A stretch of 64,000 nucleotides of DNA from an uncultured bacterium (GTDB lineage: Bacteria; Fermentibacterota; Fermentibacteria; Fermentibacterales; JCC-6), in contig CAYLRO010000012.1 of the NCBI GenBank assembly GCA_964386635.1, positions 1,010 through 65,009 of the forward strand, given 5' to 3'. Shown in pieces: positions 47,438 to 57,481 of this stretch. Made by a program: the position numbers and the translations under genes. Within the stretch, counting starts at the first letter, position 1. Every line of letters begins with the position of its first letter. The notes beneath the pieces are model-generated. The model saw nothing but the letters and a program-made list of their open reading frames with translations. It ran no database searches and was not told where the DNA came from.

Positions 47438-49702
47438 ATGAAAACTTATACTATTGCAGTATTAATCGTTGCATCCTTCTGTGCCCGGGCTTCCGACGGA
47501 GTACTGCTGGTGGAATTCGATGCTTCTGAATATTCTCTCCTGGAGAGTAGTGAGGGAGTGCGAATTGAGATGGATGGATTTTCTCCCTTCACCGCTCCCG
47601 GAGAACCCCGTCTTCTCAGGAGAAACTTTGCCGTACTGCTTCCTCCCGGTGCTCGTGCAGTGTCCGCCGAGGTTCTCAGCACGCATTCTGAAGAACTCCC
47701 GGGGGAGTATCTGCTGGAATCATCAGGGGGTGTGTATGTCATTCCGGGTCTGGAGGAAAGTGACATAGACCGGCGTAACATTGCCCTGGCCCATGAGCGT
47801 GTTCAAACAATGGAAAGGAGTTCCACTTCCCGGAATGTCTTTCCTGAAGATATCGCCTGGTTGTCAGCTGCCGGAACATTGCGAAAATATTCCTATGCTC
47901 AGGTTTCGTTCTGTCCGTTTTCATACATTGCCGCTTCAGGGCAACTGACTCTTCACAGTTCTGTACAGGTTGCCGTGCACTACAGGTTGCCTGAGCCGGG
48001 CAGCCGGGAAGCCGGCCAGACTGAATCTCTGATGGGCGACACCGCCGCAGATGAGAGGGCAGGGGAGATGTTCTTCAATTTCGCTGAAGGATGTTCTGAC
48101 TACTTACCGCAGGCACCGGATTCTGAGGATGTCTTTGACTATCTGATAGTAACCACAGACGAGTTGCTGTCAGCAGTGGAATCCACTTCTTTCATCGCCT
48201 GGAAGACGGAAACAGGTTTCTCCGTTAAAACCATAACTGTCTCGGATCCTCTTATCACAAGCCAGCAGGGAGAATCCCAGGCTGAGCAGATAAGGAATTT
48301 CCTCAGAGAGTATTACGGCGTATGGGGCATCGAGTATGTGCTGTTTGTTGGTGATTACGAGTCTGTACCTATGCAGATCTGCTATCCCGATCCTGACTTC
48401 CATGTTTATGACCCGTCCAATCCGGGTCTGGTTGCTCCGGGTACACCAACAGATGCTTACTACGCAGATCTTTCTTTCCCGGATTCAGAATCCTGGGATC
48501 TTGACGGAGACGGATTCCCCGGGGAGTTCGGACAGGACATGCCTGATTTCCTCTGTGAGCTTGCTGTGGGAAGAATACCGGTGAACAACCCCATGTGGAT
48601 AATGGATGTTCTGGCCAGGACTGTGGCCTTCGAACAGGATTCAGGCAGCTGGAAGAACAATGTTCTCAATGCTGGAACCATTCTGTTTTTTGAGAATCAG
48701 GATTACGGCGGTTATCCACTGGTTGACGGAGCTGTTCTTCTGGACTCGATGGAAACAGGGCTTATGACAGGAATGAACATCACCCACATGAGCGAGCAGT
48801 GGGGTCTGCAGAAGTCTCTTCTTCCATGGCCTGCCATCAGTGAAGGCATTTTTTCCAACCATTGGAGAACCGGGGAGTACAGCGTTGTGAACTGGTCTGG
48901 TCATGGCTGGCCTGATGGTGCTGCAAGGTCAGTATGGAGCTGGGATGATGGCGACGGAGTCCCTGAAACGTCAAATGGAGAGATCAATTCTCTTTACTTC
49001 ATTAATGTTCTCTCCACTGTTCTGGAAAATGATCACCCTTCCGTTGTTTTTGCCGTCTCCTGTGATGTCGGTTATCCGGAACCAAATATGTGGGGGAACT
49101 GTGGAATTGACATGCTTGCATCGCCTGAATGGGGCACATCTATCGGGGTGGTCAGTGCTTCCAGGCCCGCTGCGATTTCCGGGGACTGGAAGAACAGTCC
49201 CGGTGGAACAGAGCAGATCTGTTACGAATTCAACAGATATCTGTTCCAGGAAGCTGACAGAACCGGTGATGCTCTCTACAACGGCAAGTATCATGCAAAC
49301 AGCGTGTACGGATGGGAGATGGTGTACGAGTACATGAATCTCTACAATTTCAATCTATACGGTGATCCTTCTCTTGAACTTTCAGGAGCACAGACAGGCG
49401 TGGAGGAGCAGGAGGAAGGGGAGAATTCTGCCGGGCTCCTTGTGACAGGTCCCAACCCGTTCTCTGCAGGAACAGTGTTTCAAGTCACAGTTCCATGTGA
49501 TGGTAATCTGACAATGTCAGTTTTCGATCTGTCAGGAAGAAAAGTTGCAACTCTTGTAGACGATTTCGCAGCAGCTGGAGTTCACAATGTTGAATGGAAC
49601 GGTTTCTCAGGAGAAGGAGAAGCACTGGGAACAGGGACCTATTTCGCCGTAACGGAAACGAATGGTATCAGACTGTCCGCAAAAACGGTAATTCTTCGGT
49701 AA
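47438..49702 (+). CDS. Second secreted gingipain-like C25 cysteine peptidase with a Por/T9SS-type C-terminal sorting domain
   Basis: Signal peptide, His region (VNWSGHGWPDGAA), Cys region (VFAVSCDVGYPE), and a C-terminal CTD (LLVTGPNPFSAGT...MSVFDLSGRKVATLVDD...GTYFAVTETNGIRLSAKTVILR). Confidence 0.7.
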   Translation: MKTYTIAVLIVASFCARASDGVLLVEFDASEYSLLESSEGVRIEMDGFSPFTAPGEPRLLRRNFAVLLPPGARAVSAEVLSTHSEELPGEYLLESSGGVYVIPGLEESDIDRRNIALAHERVQTMERSSTSRNVFPEDIAWLSAAGTLRKYSYAQVSFCPFSYIAASGQLTLHSSVQVAVHYRLPEPGSREAGQTESLMGDTAADERAGEMFFNFAEGCSDYLPQAPDSEDVFDYLIVTTDELLSAVESTSFIAWKTETGFSVKTITVSDPLITSQQGESQAEQIRNFLREYYGVWGIEYVLFVGDYESVPMQICYPDPDFHVYDPSNPGLVAPGTPTDAYYADLSFPDSESWDLDGDGFPGEFGQDMPDFLCELAVGRIPVNNPMWIMDVLARTVAFEQDSGSWKNNVLNAGTILFFENQDYGGYPLVDGAVLLDSMETGLMTGMNITHMSEQWGLQKSLLPWPAISEGIFSNHWRTGEYSVVNWSGHGWPDGAARSVWSWDDGDGVPETSNGEINSLYFINVLSTVLENDHPSVVFAVSCDVGYPEPNMWGNCGIDMLASPEWGTSIGVVSASRPAAISGDWKNSPGGTEQICYEFNRYLFQEADRTGDALYNGKYHANSVYGWEMVYEYMNLYNFNLYGDPSLELSGAQTGVEEQEEGENSAGLLVTGPNPFSAGTVFQVTVPCDGNLTMSVFDLSGRKVATLVDDFAAAGVHNVEWNGFSGEGEALGTGTYFAVTETNGIRLSAKTVILR

Positions 49703-49711
49703 CAGGCAGGA

Positions 49712-50659
49712 TCAGCGGGATTCACTGATGCTGTAAGTGTAACCTTCGTCCATCTTTTCAGAGGATTCAATGTGAGTTTTCAGATATTGGCCGCAGTTGC
49801 TGCCGATCTTGTTCTCTTCCTGTTCTCCTATACTCACTATCACGTCATAGCCGGCATTCCTGATGGAATTCACCAGGTCATCCCTCTCTGCACCTGAATA
49901 CGGATCAATGTGAGATATGAGTTTGTTCTCTTTAGCTTTGTAAGTGGGATTGAGAGGAGTGATCTTAATGAGGAAGATTTCAGGGTCAAAGTGCTGAAGA
50001 AGTGTTTCAGCACAGAGTGGAGAGCCTTTTGCCAGGGCGAAATTCAGTGTGATCTTTCTATCCTTCTGTCTGTAAAACCTTTTCCCGTAGGCTGCTATCT
50101 CGTTCATGCTCCAGGTATTCACAGGAATGATACTTCTTCTTAACACAGGATCTGTTGTGTGAATGGAGAACTGAAGCTGGAATTTTCCACCTCCGTACAG
50201 TTTTTCCTTCACATCAAGAAGTCTTTCAAAAAACTGCTCAGTACCCGCTGGAGCAACAGTGGAGATGGAAGGCATGAAACCGGGAGCCTGGATCATATCC
50301 GGGATGTTCTGAAGAACATCTATCACTGCGGGATTCAGAGCCGGCTCACCCATTCTGGCAAACTGAACTTTAAACTGCTTTGACGGAACCCGCATGTCCG
50401 GAAAACGTCGACTTATCATCATCTTTATCTGTGAGATAATCTCTTCTGCGGTAAGTTTGCCCTGGTACTCCGAACCGGCATCGCACATTGAGCAGCCAAC
50501 CGGGCACCCGAAAAGGGTGGAAACAAGCAGCACCCATTTCTCCTGAAGTGGAAGAGGGGGCTGCACCGACTCGGCACATTCCACCTTTCCTCTCCTGTCA
50601 AACTCTACGATGTAGACCCTTGCAAGGTCATCTCTTCCGCTTGATGCCAGTACTTTCAC
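49712..50659 (-). CDS. RlmN/Cfr-family radical SAM enzyme, truncated form lacking the RlmN N-terminal accessory domain
   Basis: CPVGCSMC (Cx3Cx2C). Core blocks align by eye with RlmN (ARMGEPALNP ~ MGMGEPLLN; FSIHTTDPVLRRSIIPVN ~ LSLHAPNDEIRDEIVPIN; IKITPLNP ~ INLIPWNP; GSNCGQY ~ AACGQL). Confidence 0.55.
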   Translation of the reverse strand: MKVLASSGRDDLARVYIVEFDRRGKVECAESVQPPLPLQEKWVLLVSTLFGCPVGCSMCDAGSEYQGKLTAEEIISQIKMMISRRFPDMRVPSKQFKVQFARMGEPALNPAVIDVLQNIPDMIQAPGFMPSISTVAPAGTEQFFERLLDVKEKLYGGGKFQLQFSIHTTDPVLRRSIIPVNTWSMNEIAAYGKRFYRQKDRKITLNFALAKGSPLCAETLLQHFDPEIFLIKITPLNPTYKAKENKLISHIDPYSGAERDDLVNSIRNAGYDVIVSIGEQEENKIGSNCGQYLKTHIESSEKMDEGYTYSISESR

Positions 50660-51444
50660 TTAAGAAACTCCGCTGTTGTCATCGCCGCTTTAACTCCGTT
50701 GCCCACAGCAATTGCCGTTTGCCTGAACCTGTTGTTCACGCAGTCTCCACATAGATGAAATGAACCGTCTTCAGGCGGCGAACATACAAGCTCTTCCTGA
50801 ATAAATGCCACATTCGGAACTCTTCCGCAGGCCACAACGGCGATGTCTTCGCTGTGTGAAACGGGAAAAACAGTGAATGGAAAAAGGCTTATTTTCTCCA
50901 AGCTTTTCACCCGTCTGATTAAATCGGGCAATGCTCCTGAGAAATCTCCTCTGGCATAAACATTCACCGGCATGGTGCGGCTCAGGGTGAGGGCATAATC
51001 AAGAGCTGCATCACCGCCTCCTATTACTGCTGCCGAACGGTACAGCTGATACGGAATATTCTTCACTTCACTGAAGATGTTCTCCCGGGGAAAGTCCGGG
51101 ATTTCGATTCGCACAGGCTTTGTGCCTGATGCAACTATCACAGATCTGTATCTGCATGATTCACTTGCAGTAAGAACCTCATACCCGCCTGAGGGGAGGG
51201 CTGTCAGTTTAAGAACTTTCTGTTTTACAATTCTTCCGGGAAGAGGAAACTGAGCTGCAAGTTCCCTGCCTGTGATACCCTTCCTGACACCGGGATAGTT
51301 ATTCACGGAATTTGCATTCAGAAGCAGTCCTCCCGGAGTATCAGGCTCATAGACACAGGGTGATATCCCGTATAACTCCAGCTGGGATGCTGCTGCCAGA
51401 CCTGCCGGCCCTGCACCTATAACCGCAGCGAATTCAGTAAGCAT
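50656..51444 (-). CDS. FAD-dependent pyridine nucleotide-disulfide oxidoreductase, short thioredoxin-reductase-like flavoprotein
   Basis: AVIGAGPAGLAAA and AVIGGGDAALDYA dinucleotide motifs. 262 aa, no canonical CxxC. Confidence 0.6.
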   Translation of the reverse strand: MLTEFAAVIGAGPAGLAAASQLELYGISPCVYEPDTPGGLLLNANSVNNYPGVRKGITGRELAAQFPLPGRIVKQKVLKLTALPSGGYEVLTASESCRYRSVIVASGTKPVRIEIPDFPRENIFSEVKNIPYQLYRSAAVIGGGDAALDYALTLSRTMPVNVYARGDFSGALPDLIRRVKSLEKISLFPFTVFPVSHSEDIAVVACGRVPNVAFIQEELVCSPPEDGSFHLCGDCVNNRFRQTAIAVGNGVKAAMTTAEFLK

Positions 51445-52063
51445 TGCAGATAGTTGTGGAAACAGCTCTTCTGCTCACCGGTTTACAGAACCCGTGGGCA
51501 AGGTTAGCCGTTGTAGCACGGTGCAGTTCTCTGTTGAGAGTTGCTGTACCGTCAACAGGCATAACAACATGATAACCGTGAACAAAAGCGGATCTCGCTG
51601 TGGTTTCACAGCAAAGATGGGTCATAACTCCTGTGATCACTACAGAAGTTACTTCCAGCTGAGAGAGCAGTTCGTTCATCTTGGTTTTATAGAAAGCATC
51701 GTACTGCGTCTTTGTTATCACTCCACCCCATGAGGTGTCAAAAGAGCTGTTGATATTGTGCAGGGGATTCCCTTCAGAAATCCTGTCCTTCCACCAGACA
51801 TCCATCATCCCGGCATTCTCCGGAGTATTTATATGTCTTGTGAAAATCACAGGAAGATCCCTGGCCTCAAAAGTGTCAGCAAGTTTGCTGAGCACAGGGA
51901 TCAGATCAGGGGCTGATGGAACGAATGCATGGGATTTCGGAGAGAGGAAATAATCCTGCATATCAAGTATGAGAAGGGCTGGTGTGCCTGAAAGCAGGCA
52001 CTCAACAGTACCTGTTCCCAGGGAGTCGGTGTTGAGAAGATGAAGATATCGCTCCTTCAGCAC
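51434..52063 (-). CDS. Isochorismatase-family cysteine hydrolase
   Basis: ALLILDMQDYF and VVITGVMTHLCCETTAR (catalytic Cys) motifs. Confidence 0.75.
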   Translation of the reverse strand: MLKERYLHLLNTDSLGTGTVECLLSGTPALLILDMQDYFLSPKSHAFVPSAPDLIPVLSKLADTFEARDLPVIFTRHINTPENAGMMDVWWKDRISEGNPLHNINSSFDTSWGGVITKTQYDAFYKTKMNELLSQLEVTSVVITGVMTHLCCETTARSAFVHGYHVVMPVDGTATLNRELHRATTANLAHGFCKPVSRRAVSTTICNAY

Positions 52064-52075
52064 CGGAACCTCCTG

Positions 52076-53389
52076 TCAAGTGAGAGTATTCTGAAGGCAA
52101 TCCCCGAATATAGCAAGCATCTCATCAGTTTCCTTTTCACTTGAATTCAGAGGAGGCCACAGATAGATTACCGGTCCCAGAGGTCTCAGGAGAAGGCCCT
52201 CTGATATGGCCATTTCGGTCACCAGAGCTGCAGCTCGTTTTCCACCGGCACTTTCACTGATCTCAAGGGAGCTCATGCTTCCCAGAGAGGCAGCATTGTG
52301 GACCCCGGGTATGGTTCGGAATTTTCTGAAGGCCCCGGCGAGTTTTGCAGGTACGCAGGATCGCTCAACGATCTCTTCCTCCTGGAACACCTGCAGGGCA
52401 GCTGTTGCTGCTGCAGAAGCAAGGGGATTTCCTGCGAAGGTATGGCCGTGGTAGAAGGTTCTGTCCTTTTTGCCCGTTGATCTGAATGAATCGTAAATCC
52501 TCTCAGTTGCCAGCACTGCACTCATTGGCAGGTAACCTCCCGTGAGAGATTTACCGACTACAAGCAGGTCGGGAGTTACACCGGCGAGATCTGACGCAAA
52601 CATCTTTCCGGTTCTCCCGAATCCCACAGCTATTTCATCCAGAATCATCAGAACATCCAGTTCGCAACAGAGTTTGCTGAGCTTTCCGATGTATTCAGGC
52701 GGGTAGATCCGTATTCCGGCAGCTCCCTGGCAAACCGGTTCAGCGATTACTGCAGCAGTTCTGGATGCTTCCCTCCGGAGTATTTCCTCCATTCCTGCAA
52801 AACACCTGGTGCTGCAGGATTCAGGAGATTCGCCGAAAGGGCAGTGAAAGCAGTGGGGAGCAGGTGCCTGTACGGATCTGTTCAGAGCATGAGCAATAGG
52901 CTGGTGGAATCCCGGTATGAAACCCAGTGCCACTGTTCCCAGTGTATCCCCGTGGTAGGCATTTGTCAGAGAGATGATGTTTTTCTTTTCACTGCGCCCG
53001 AGATTCCACCAGTACTGAATTGCCATTCTCAGGGATGCCTCAACAGCACTTGCTCCATCTGAAGCATAGTAAGCTCTCGTGAGACCGGCAGGTGTTACCT
53101 GGCTAAGCATGTCAGAGAGCTCAATTACAGAGGTGTGAGACATTCCGCCTGTAATAGAATGCTGCACTCTAAGTAGTTGTTCAGCAACAGAGTTAACGAT
53201 ATGAGGGTGACTATGGCCCAGGTTAACGCACCACCAGGAGCTGATACCGTCCATGTATTTTCTGCCCTGGGTATCCCAGAGGTGAACGCCCCTGGCCTTT
53301 TCAATCACCGGGAAGTTTTTTACTATGAATTTGTTTATGTCGGTGTATGGATGCCAGAGGTGCTTCAGATCTGATTCTCTGTAGTTCAT
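52076..53389 (-). CDS. bioA: Adenosylmethionine-8-amino-7-oxononanoate aminotransferase
   Basis: Class-III aminotransferase, 437 aa, N-terminal LWHPYT motif, located in the bio operon. Confidence 0.85.
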   Translation of the reverse strand: MNYRESDLKHLWHPYTDINKFIVKNFPVIEKARGVHLWDTQGRKYMDGISSWWCVNLGHSHPHIVNSVAEQLLRVQHSITGGMSHTSVIELSDMLSQVTPAGLTRAYYASDGASAVEASLRMAIQYWWNLGRSEKKNIISLTNAYHGDTLGTVALGFIPGFHQPIAHALNRSVQAPAPHCFHCPFGESPESCSTRCFAGMEEILRREASRTAAVIAEPVCQGAAGIRIYPPEYIGKLSKLCCELDVLMILDEIAVGFGRTGKMFASDLAGVTPDLLVVGKSLTGGYLPMSAVLATERIYDSFRSTGKKDRTFYHGHTFAGNPLASAAATAALQVFQEEEIVERSCVPAKLAGAFRKFRTIPGVHNAASLGSMSSLEISESAGGKRAAALVTEMAISEGLLLRPLGPVIYLWPPLNSSEKETDEMLAIFGDCLQNTLT

Positions 53390-54072
53390 TCTTTAAGCGA
53401 CTCCATGAGTTTCCTGCATATCCCTGTAAAGAATTCAAAGGGAAATCTGTCAGGAGAAAATGGGATTTCACCCAGGATACAGGTCTTTCCGTATTCCCGG
53501 ATTGTGGCGATGTTGTTCCTGCTGTACAGTGGAGAGGGCTCACTGATCTGATTCATCACAACACCGGCAAGAGCAAGCCCTGCATTGCGAATGGTATTTA
53601 TTGACATCAGTGTATGGTTGATTGCTCCCAGCCTGTTTGCTGCTACAAGCACCACTGGCCAGCCCAGTGAAATCATCAGATCCAGCATGGTTTTTCCTGA
53701 ACCCAGCGGAACAAGTACTCCCCCTGCTCCTTCCGCAACAATGCATTCATGGTTACGGGATAATTCTTGCAGTTTGCCTGCAAGTTCATTTACATTTATT
53801 GAACTGTCTGACAGTTCCGCTGCAAGGTGCGGAGAACATTCATGTGAAAATCGAACCGGACAGAGCCTCTTCTTCTCGCTGAGGTCTGCAGACCAGCCGG
53901 ATCTGTTGAGAGAGAACTCCAGATCAGATGAAACATCGTTAACGCAGCCTGTCTGTACAGGTTTTAACGGGATAGCATCAATGCCGGCATTTCGAAAAGC
54001 TCTTACTATTCCTGCTGTCACGAATGTTTTTCCGGCGTCTGTATCGGTGCCGGTAATAAAGAGGTTCCTCAA
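53386..54072 (-). CDS. bioD: Dethiobiotin synthetase
   Basis: LFITGTDTDAGKT P-loop, 228 aa. Confidence 0.85.
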   Translation of the reverse strand: MRNLFITGTDTDAGKTFVTAGIVRAFRNAGIDAIPLKPVQTGCVNDVSSDLEFSLNRSGWSADLSEKKRLCPVRFSHECSPHLAAELSDSSINVNELAGKLQELSRNHECIVAEGAGGVLVPLGSGKTMLDLMISLGWPVVLVAANRLGAINHTLMSINTIRNAGLALAGVVMNQISEPSPLYSRNNIATIREYGKTCILGEIPFSPDRFPFEFFTGICRKLMESLKE

Positions 54073-54074
54073 AC

Positions 54075-54869
54075 TTACTGCCTGACAGCTTTCAGAAAGT
54101 GAACGGAGTAGGTGGAGGGTACAAATCCTCTTTTATCTTCATAATCAGAACTGTACTTCCTCAGTGCCTTTCTGAGTATTCCAGGTTCAGTTGATGAGAA
54201 ATTGCCGTGCCGGGAAAGGGAGGCGCCGATGCCATTGAGAGCTTTCAGCGCCTTGGCCGGTGAGGAAAATCCTACACTGACAGAACGGGTTCTGCTTTCC
54301 ACTATCCGGAAACCTGACCTTCTGAAAAGTTCATCCCACTGGTCTCCAGTCAGGTAGTTAAGAGAGTTCCACTTTACACCGGTTTTCTCAAAACTGTGCT
54401 GAAATTCTCTCAGCATTCCCTTTACAGGGATAGCATGAGCCGTACTTCCTCCCGGGGCAACCAGGGAAGCGATTTTCTCGGTGAACCTGACTGGATCCAT
54501 TACCCATTGAGCAGCGCAGCTGGACACAACAAGGTCATAGAGTCGGTTACACTCTGATTTGTCGAAGTTCCAGATGGTGTGCCGCACAAGGAAAGAGGGA
54601 GGAACCTTGGTGCGGCACACCCTGACCATTCCGGATGCACCATCGGTAAAAACCTTGCTGGCACATGGGAACAGCCTGTTGAGTTTTTTTGAAAGTATTC
54701 CGGTTCCACAACCCAGCTCAAGAACGGAATCAGGCTGTGAGTGTCTTATCATTTCTGCAAGTTCTTCTGCGATCCGCCTGTGATGAATGGCGAATTCATC
54801 ATATCCGTCAGCAGCCCTGGAGAAATTACTCAATATCAGTTTTCGATCAGGTAGAGAGACTTCCGGCAA
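54075..54869 (-). CDS. bioC: Malonyl-ACP O-methyltransferase (SAM-dependent MTase)
   Basis: VLELGCGTG SAM motif, 264 aa, located in the bio operon between bioH and bioD. Confidence 0.7.
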   Translation of the reverse strand: MPEVSLPDRKLILSNFSRAADGYDEFAIHHRRIAEELAEMIRHSQPDSVLELGCGTGILSKKLNRLFPCASKVFTDGASGMVRVCRTKVPPSFLVRHTIWNFDKSECNRLYDLVVSSCAAQWVMDPVRFTEKIASLVAPGGSTAHAIPVKGMLREFQHSFEKTGVKWNSLNYLTGDQWDELFRRSGFRIVESRTRSVSVGFSSPAKALKALNGIGASLSRHGNFSSTEPGILRKALRKYSSDYEDKRGFVPSTYSVHFLKAVRQ

Positions 54870-55497
54870 GATCCACCACAGCCTTTCCTATTACATTTCC
54901 ATGGTTAACCGGGAGGAGATGACCTGCGCCTTCTATGGAAATCGTTTTACACCGGGGCATTACAAACTCAGCCAGATACCTGGAGATTTCCACCGGGATT
55001 ATCCTGTCCCTGGTTCCATGGATTATTGTTACCGGAACAGACGGATCCGGCACAGCCAGATGGTTGAACATTACAGAAAGCCCTGATATCAGCTCCTCCA
55101 TGGAGAATTCGTCTGATTGCTCAAGGAGCCGTGGCAATTCAGTTTCAGCTGCACCGCATTCAATGAAAAATGATCTGAGATAACCCCTGCGGCTTCTTGT
55201 GAGCATTCTGCTCATCATTGAACACCGCTCCGGCTCAATTCCAGGTCTGTTCACACCTGCAGCAATACATGTCATTGAGGACACAAGAACCATTCCCCTC
55301 ACTTCTGCTCTTCTTGACAGGTCCATTGCTATCTGTCCTCCAAGTGACCACCCTGCGAGAATACAGTTTTCCGGAAGTTCGAATTCTCCGCTCATGATCC
55401 TGTCCCAGGAGATGCACTTTTTTTCCAGACCAGGGCAGTTAACATTCTTCCATATCCTGTCACCGGTTGCCCAGCCGCTTATGAATACGATCTGCAT
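54847..55497 (-). CDS. bioH: Pimeloyl-ACP methyl ester esterase (alpha/beta hydrolase)
   Basis: GWSLGG nucleophile elbow and His near the C-terminus; operon context. Confidence 0.6.
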   Translation of the reverse strand: MQIVFISGWATGDRIWKNVNCPGLEKKCISWDRIMSGEFELPENCILAGWSLGGQIAMDLSRRAEVRGMVLVSSMTCIAAGVNRPGIEPERCSMMSRMLTRSRRGYLRSFFIECGAAETELPRLLEQSDEFSMEELISGLSVMFNHLAVPDPSVPVTIIHGTRDRIIPVEISRYLAEFVMPRCKTISIEGAGHLLPVNHGNVIGKAVVDLAGSLST

Positions 55498-56597
55498 TAC
55501 AGCCGTCCTATCTCTGCTGCTGTTGCAGCAAGATCACCGGGAGAGTGGGCAAGGGTTACGGAGAATCTCAGTCTTGCTGTGTTCTCAGGAACGGTGGGAG
55601 GCCTTACAGCTACTGCGAGAATTCCCTTTGCTTCAAGCTGTTGTGCTGATTCCACAGTTTTACAGCAGCTCCCTGTAAATACAGGTACGATCTGGGAGGA
55701 GGAAGACTGAACAATACCGGCTTCTCTGAGACTCTTCCTGAACAGTTCAGCTCTTTCAAGAAGATCACCGCCCATTCCAGGATTCTCCTTCAAAACATCA
55801 AGTGCTCCAAGAGCTGCGCCTGCAGCACAGGGGGGAAGACCGGTGGTATAAATGAAGCTTCTGGACCGGTTGACCAGAAATTCCCGCACTGATCCGGAAC
55901 AGGATACAAATCCTCCATAACTTCCCAGAGATTTGCTCAGGGTACCGGTGAGAATATCCGGTGTGATCCCCATCTCTCTGCAGAGACCGCCTCCTTTTCC
56001 GAATACACCAATCGCGTGTGCTTCATCAACTGCAAGAAGACAGCCATACTTCAGGGCGATTTCACTGATTCTCTTCAGCGGTGCCTTGTCTCCATCCATG
56101 CTGAAGAGCGAGTCTGTGACAATTATCCTTTTTCCTGTGGACTCATCATTTTCAATCATCTTCTGAAGAAGCTCAGTATCACAGTGGCGGTATCGTCTGA
56201 CTTTTGCTCTGGAATGGCAGGCGCCGTCAACCAGACTTGCATGGTTCAGGCGATCTGCGAAAATGGTATCATTCCTGCCTGCAACTGCTCCCAGCACTCC
56301 AAGATTTGCAAGAAAGCCGCTGCCGAAAACAAGTGCGGTTTCCATTCCCGTGAGAGCTGCAAGTTCGCTCTCAAGCTCTTCGTGAACAGCAAGGTTTCCC
56401 GTCATAAGCCTGGAACCTCCGGCACCTGTACCGTATTCCTCCAGCATTTCCAATGCTCTGTGCTTTACATGCGGATGTTTTGACAGGTTCAGGTAATCGT
56501 TGGAAGAGAAGTTCAGAACATTCCTGTTCCTGAGAACAAGGGATCTCAGCTGCCCCTTTTCTTCAATGCTCCTCAGTTCTCTGAGAGCGAAGTTCAC
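55497..56597 (-). CDS. bioF: 8-amino-7-oxononanoate synthase
   Basis: Class-II aminotransferase/AONS pattern (FSSNDYLNLS), 366 aa. Confidence 0.85.
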   Translation of the reverse strand: MNFALRELRSIEEKGQLRSLVLRNRNVLNFSSNDYLNLSKHPHVKHRALEMLEEYGTGAGGSRLMTGNLAVHEELESELAALTGMETALVFGSGFLANLGVLGAVAGRNDTIFADRLNHASLVDGACHSRAKVRRYRHCDTELLQKMIENDESTGKRIIVTDSLFSMDGDKAPLKRISEIALKYGCLLAVDEAHAIGVFGKGGGLCREMGITPDILTGTLSKSLGSYGGFVSCSGSVREFLVNRSRSFIYTTGLPPCAAGAALGALDVLKENPGMGGDLLERAELFRKSLREAGIVQSSSSQIVPVFTGSCCKTVESAQQLEAKGILAVAVRPPTVPENTARLRFSVTLAHSPGDLAATAAEIGRL

Positions 56598-57481
56598 AAT
56601 CTGTACCCCGACTCCCTGACAAGCTTTCTGTCCTCTTCCGGAGCAGTTCCTTCTGTGGTAAGCAGAGAGCCTGTCATGAGACCGGTGACACCGTAATCAA
56701 ACATGAGACCAGCTCTGTCTTCAAGCTTTGCCCTGCCGGCACAGACCCTGAGTTCGGATTCAGGATTCACCAGCCTGAACAGGGCAATGATTCTGAACAG
56801 TTTCTCCCGTGAAAGATCTTCGCCGGATATCTTTGTTCCCGGCACATCCAGATAGAAGTTAAGAGCAATGGAATCCGCTTTCAGAGAATTCAGCGTGAAG
56901 GCCATATCCACCCTGTCTTCATCGCCTTCCCCGATGCCTATTATTCCTCCTGAGCAAAGTGACAGACCTTCTTCCCTTGCTGCTGAGGCTGTTTCCACCC
57001 TCTCTTTCCAGCTGTGGGTGGTGCAGATTTGCCGGAAGAATCTTTCAGAGCTTTCAATGTTGTGGTGGTATCTTGATATGCCTGATCTTTTTAACGCCTT
57101 AAGTCTGCTGCGGTTAATTATTCCAAGAGAAGCACAGAGAGGGCACAGGTCTTTGCCTGCTTCAGCCAGCAGGCATATTCTTCCCAGGTCTTTCCATGAA
57201 ACACCTCTGCCGCTTGTAACTGCGGAAAACCTGTCTATTCCTGCATCTGTTACAGACCTGTGTGCCTCTTTCATTTCCTCAAGGCTCAGCATGTCACTGC
57301 CTTGAGAATGCGACTGAGCGCAGAAAGCACAATCCTCGGAACAGGCGCCATTTTTGCAGTTTACTATTGCGCACAGCCGAACTCTTCTGGTGAAAGCAGT
57401 ATCCCGTGCTTCCATGCACATCACTCTGAGTTCCTCCATGGGAATGGAGGTAAGGACGCTAAGAGCTTCTGATCTGTTCAT
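56594..57481 (-). CDS. bioB: Biotin synthase (radical SAM)
   Basis: CSEDCAFC radical SAM motif and BioB-length ORF. Confidence 0.9.
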   Translation of the reverse strand: MNRSEALSVLTSIPMEELRVMCMEARDTAFTRRVRLCAIVNCKNGACSEDCAFCAQSHSQGSDMLSLEEMKEAHRSVTDAGIDRFSAVTSGRGVSWKDLGRICLLAEAGKDLCPLCASLGIINRSRLKALKRSGISRYHHNIESSERFFRQICTTHSWKERVETASAAREEGLSLCSGGIIGIGEGDEDRVDMAFTLNSLKADSIALNFYLDVPGTKISGEDLSREKLFRIIALFRLVNPESELRVCAGRAKLEDRAGLMFDYGVTGLMTGSLLTTEGTAPEEDRKLVRESGYRL

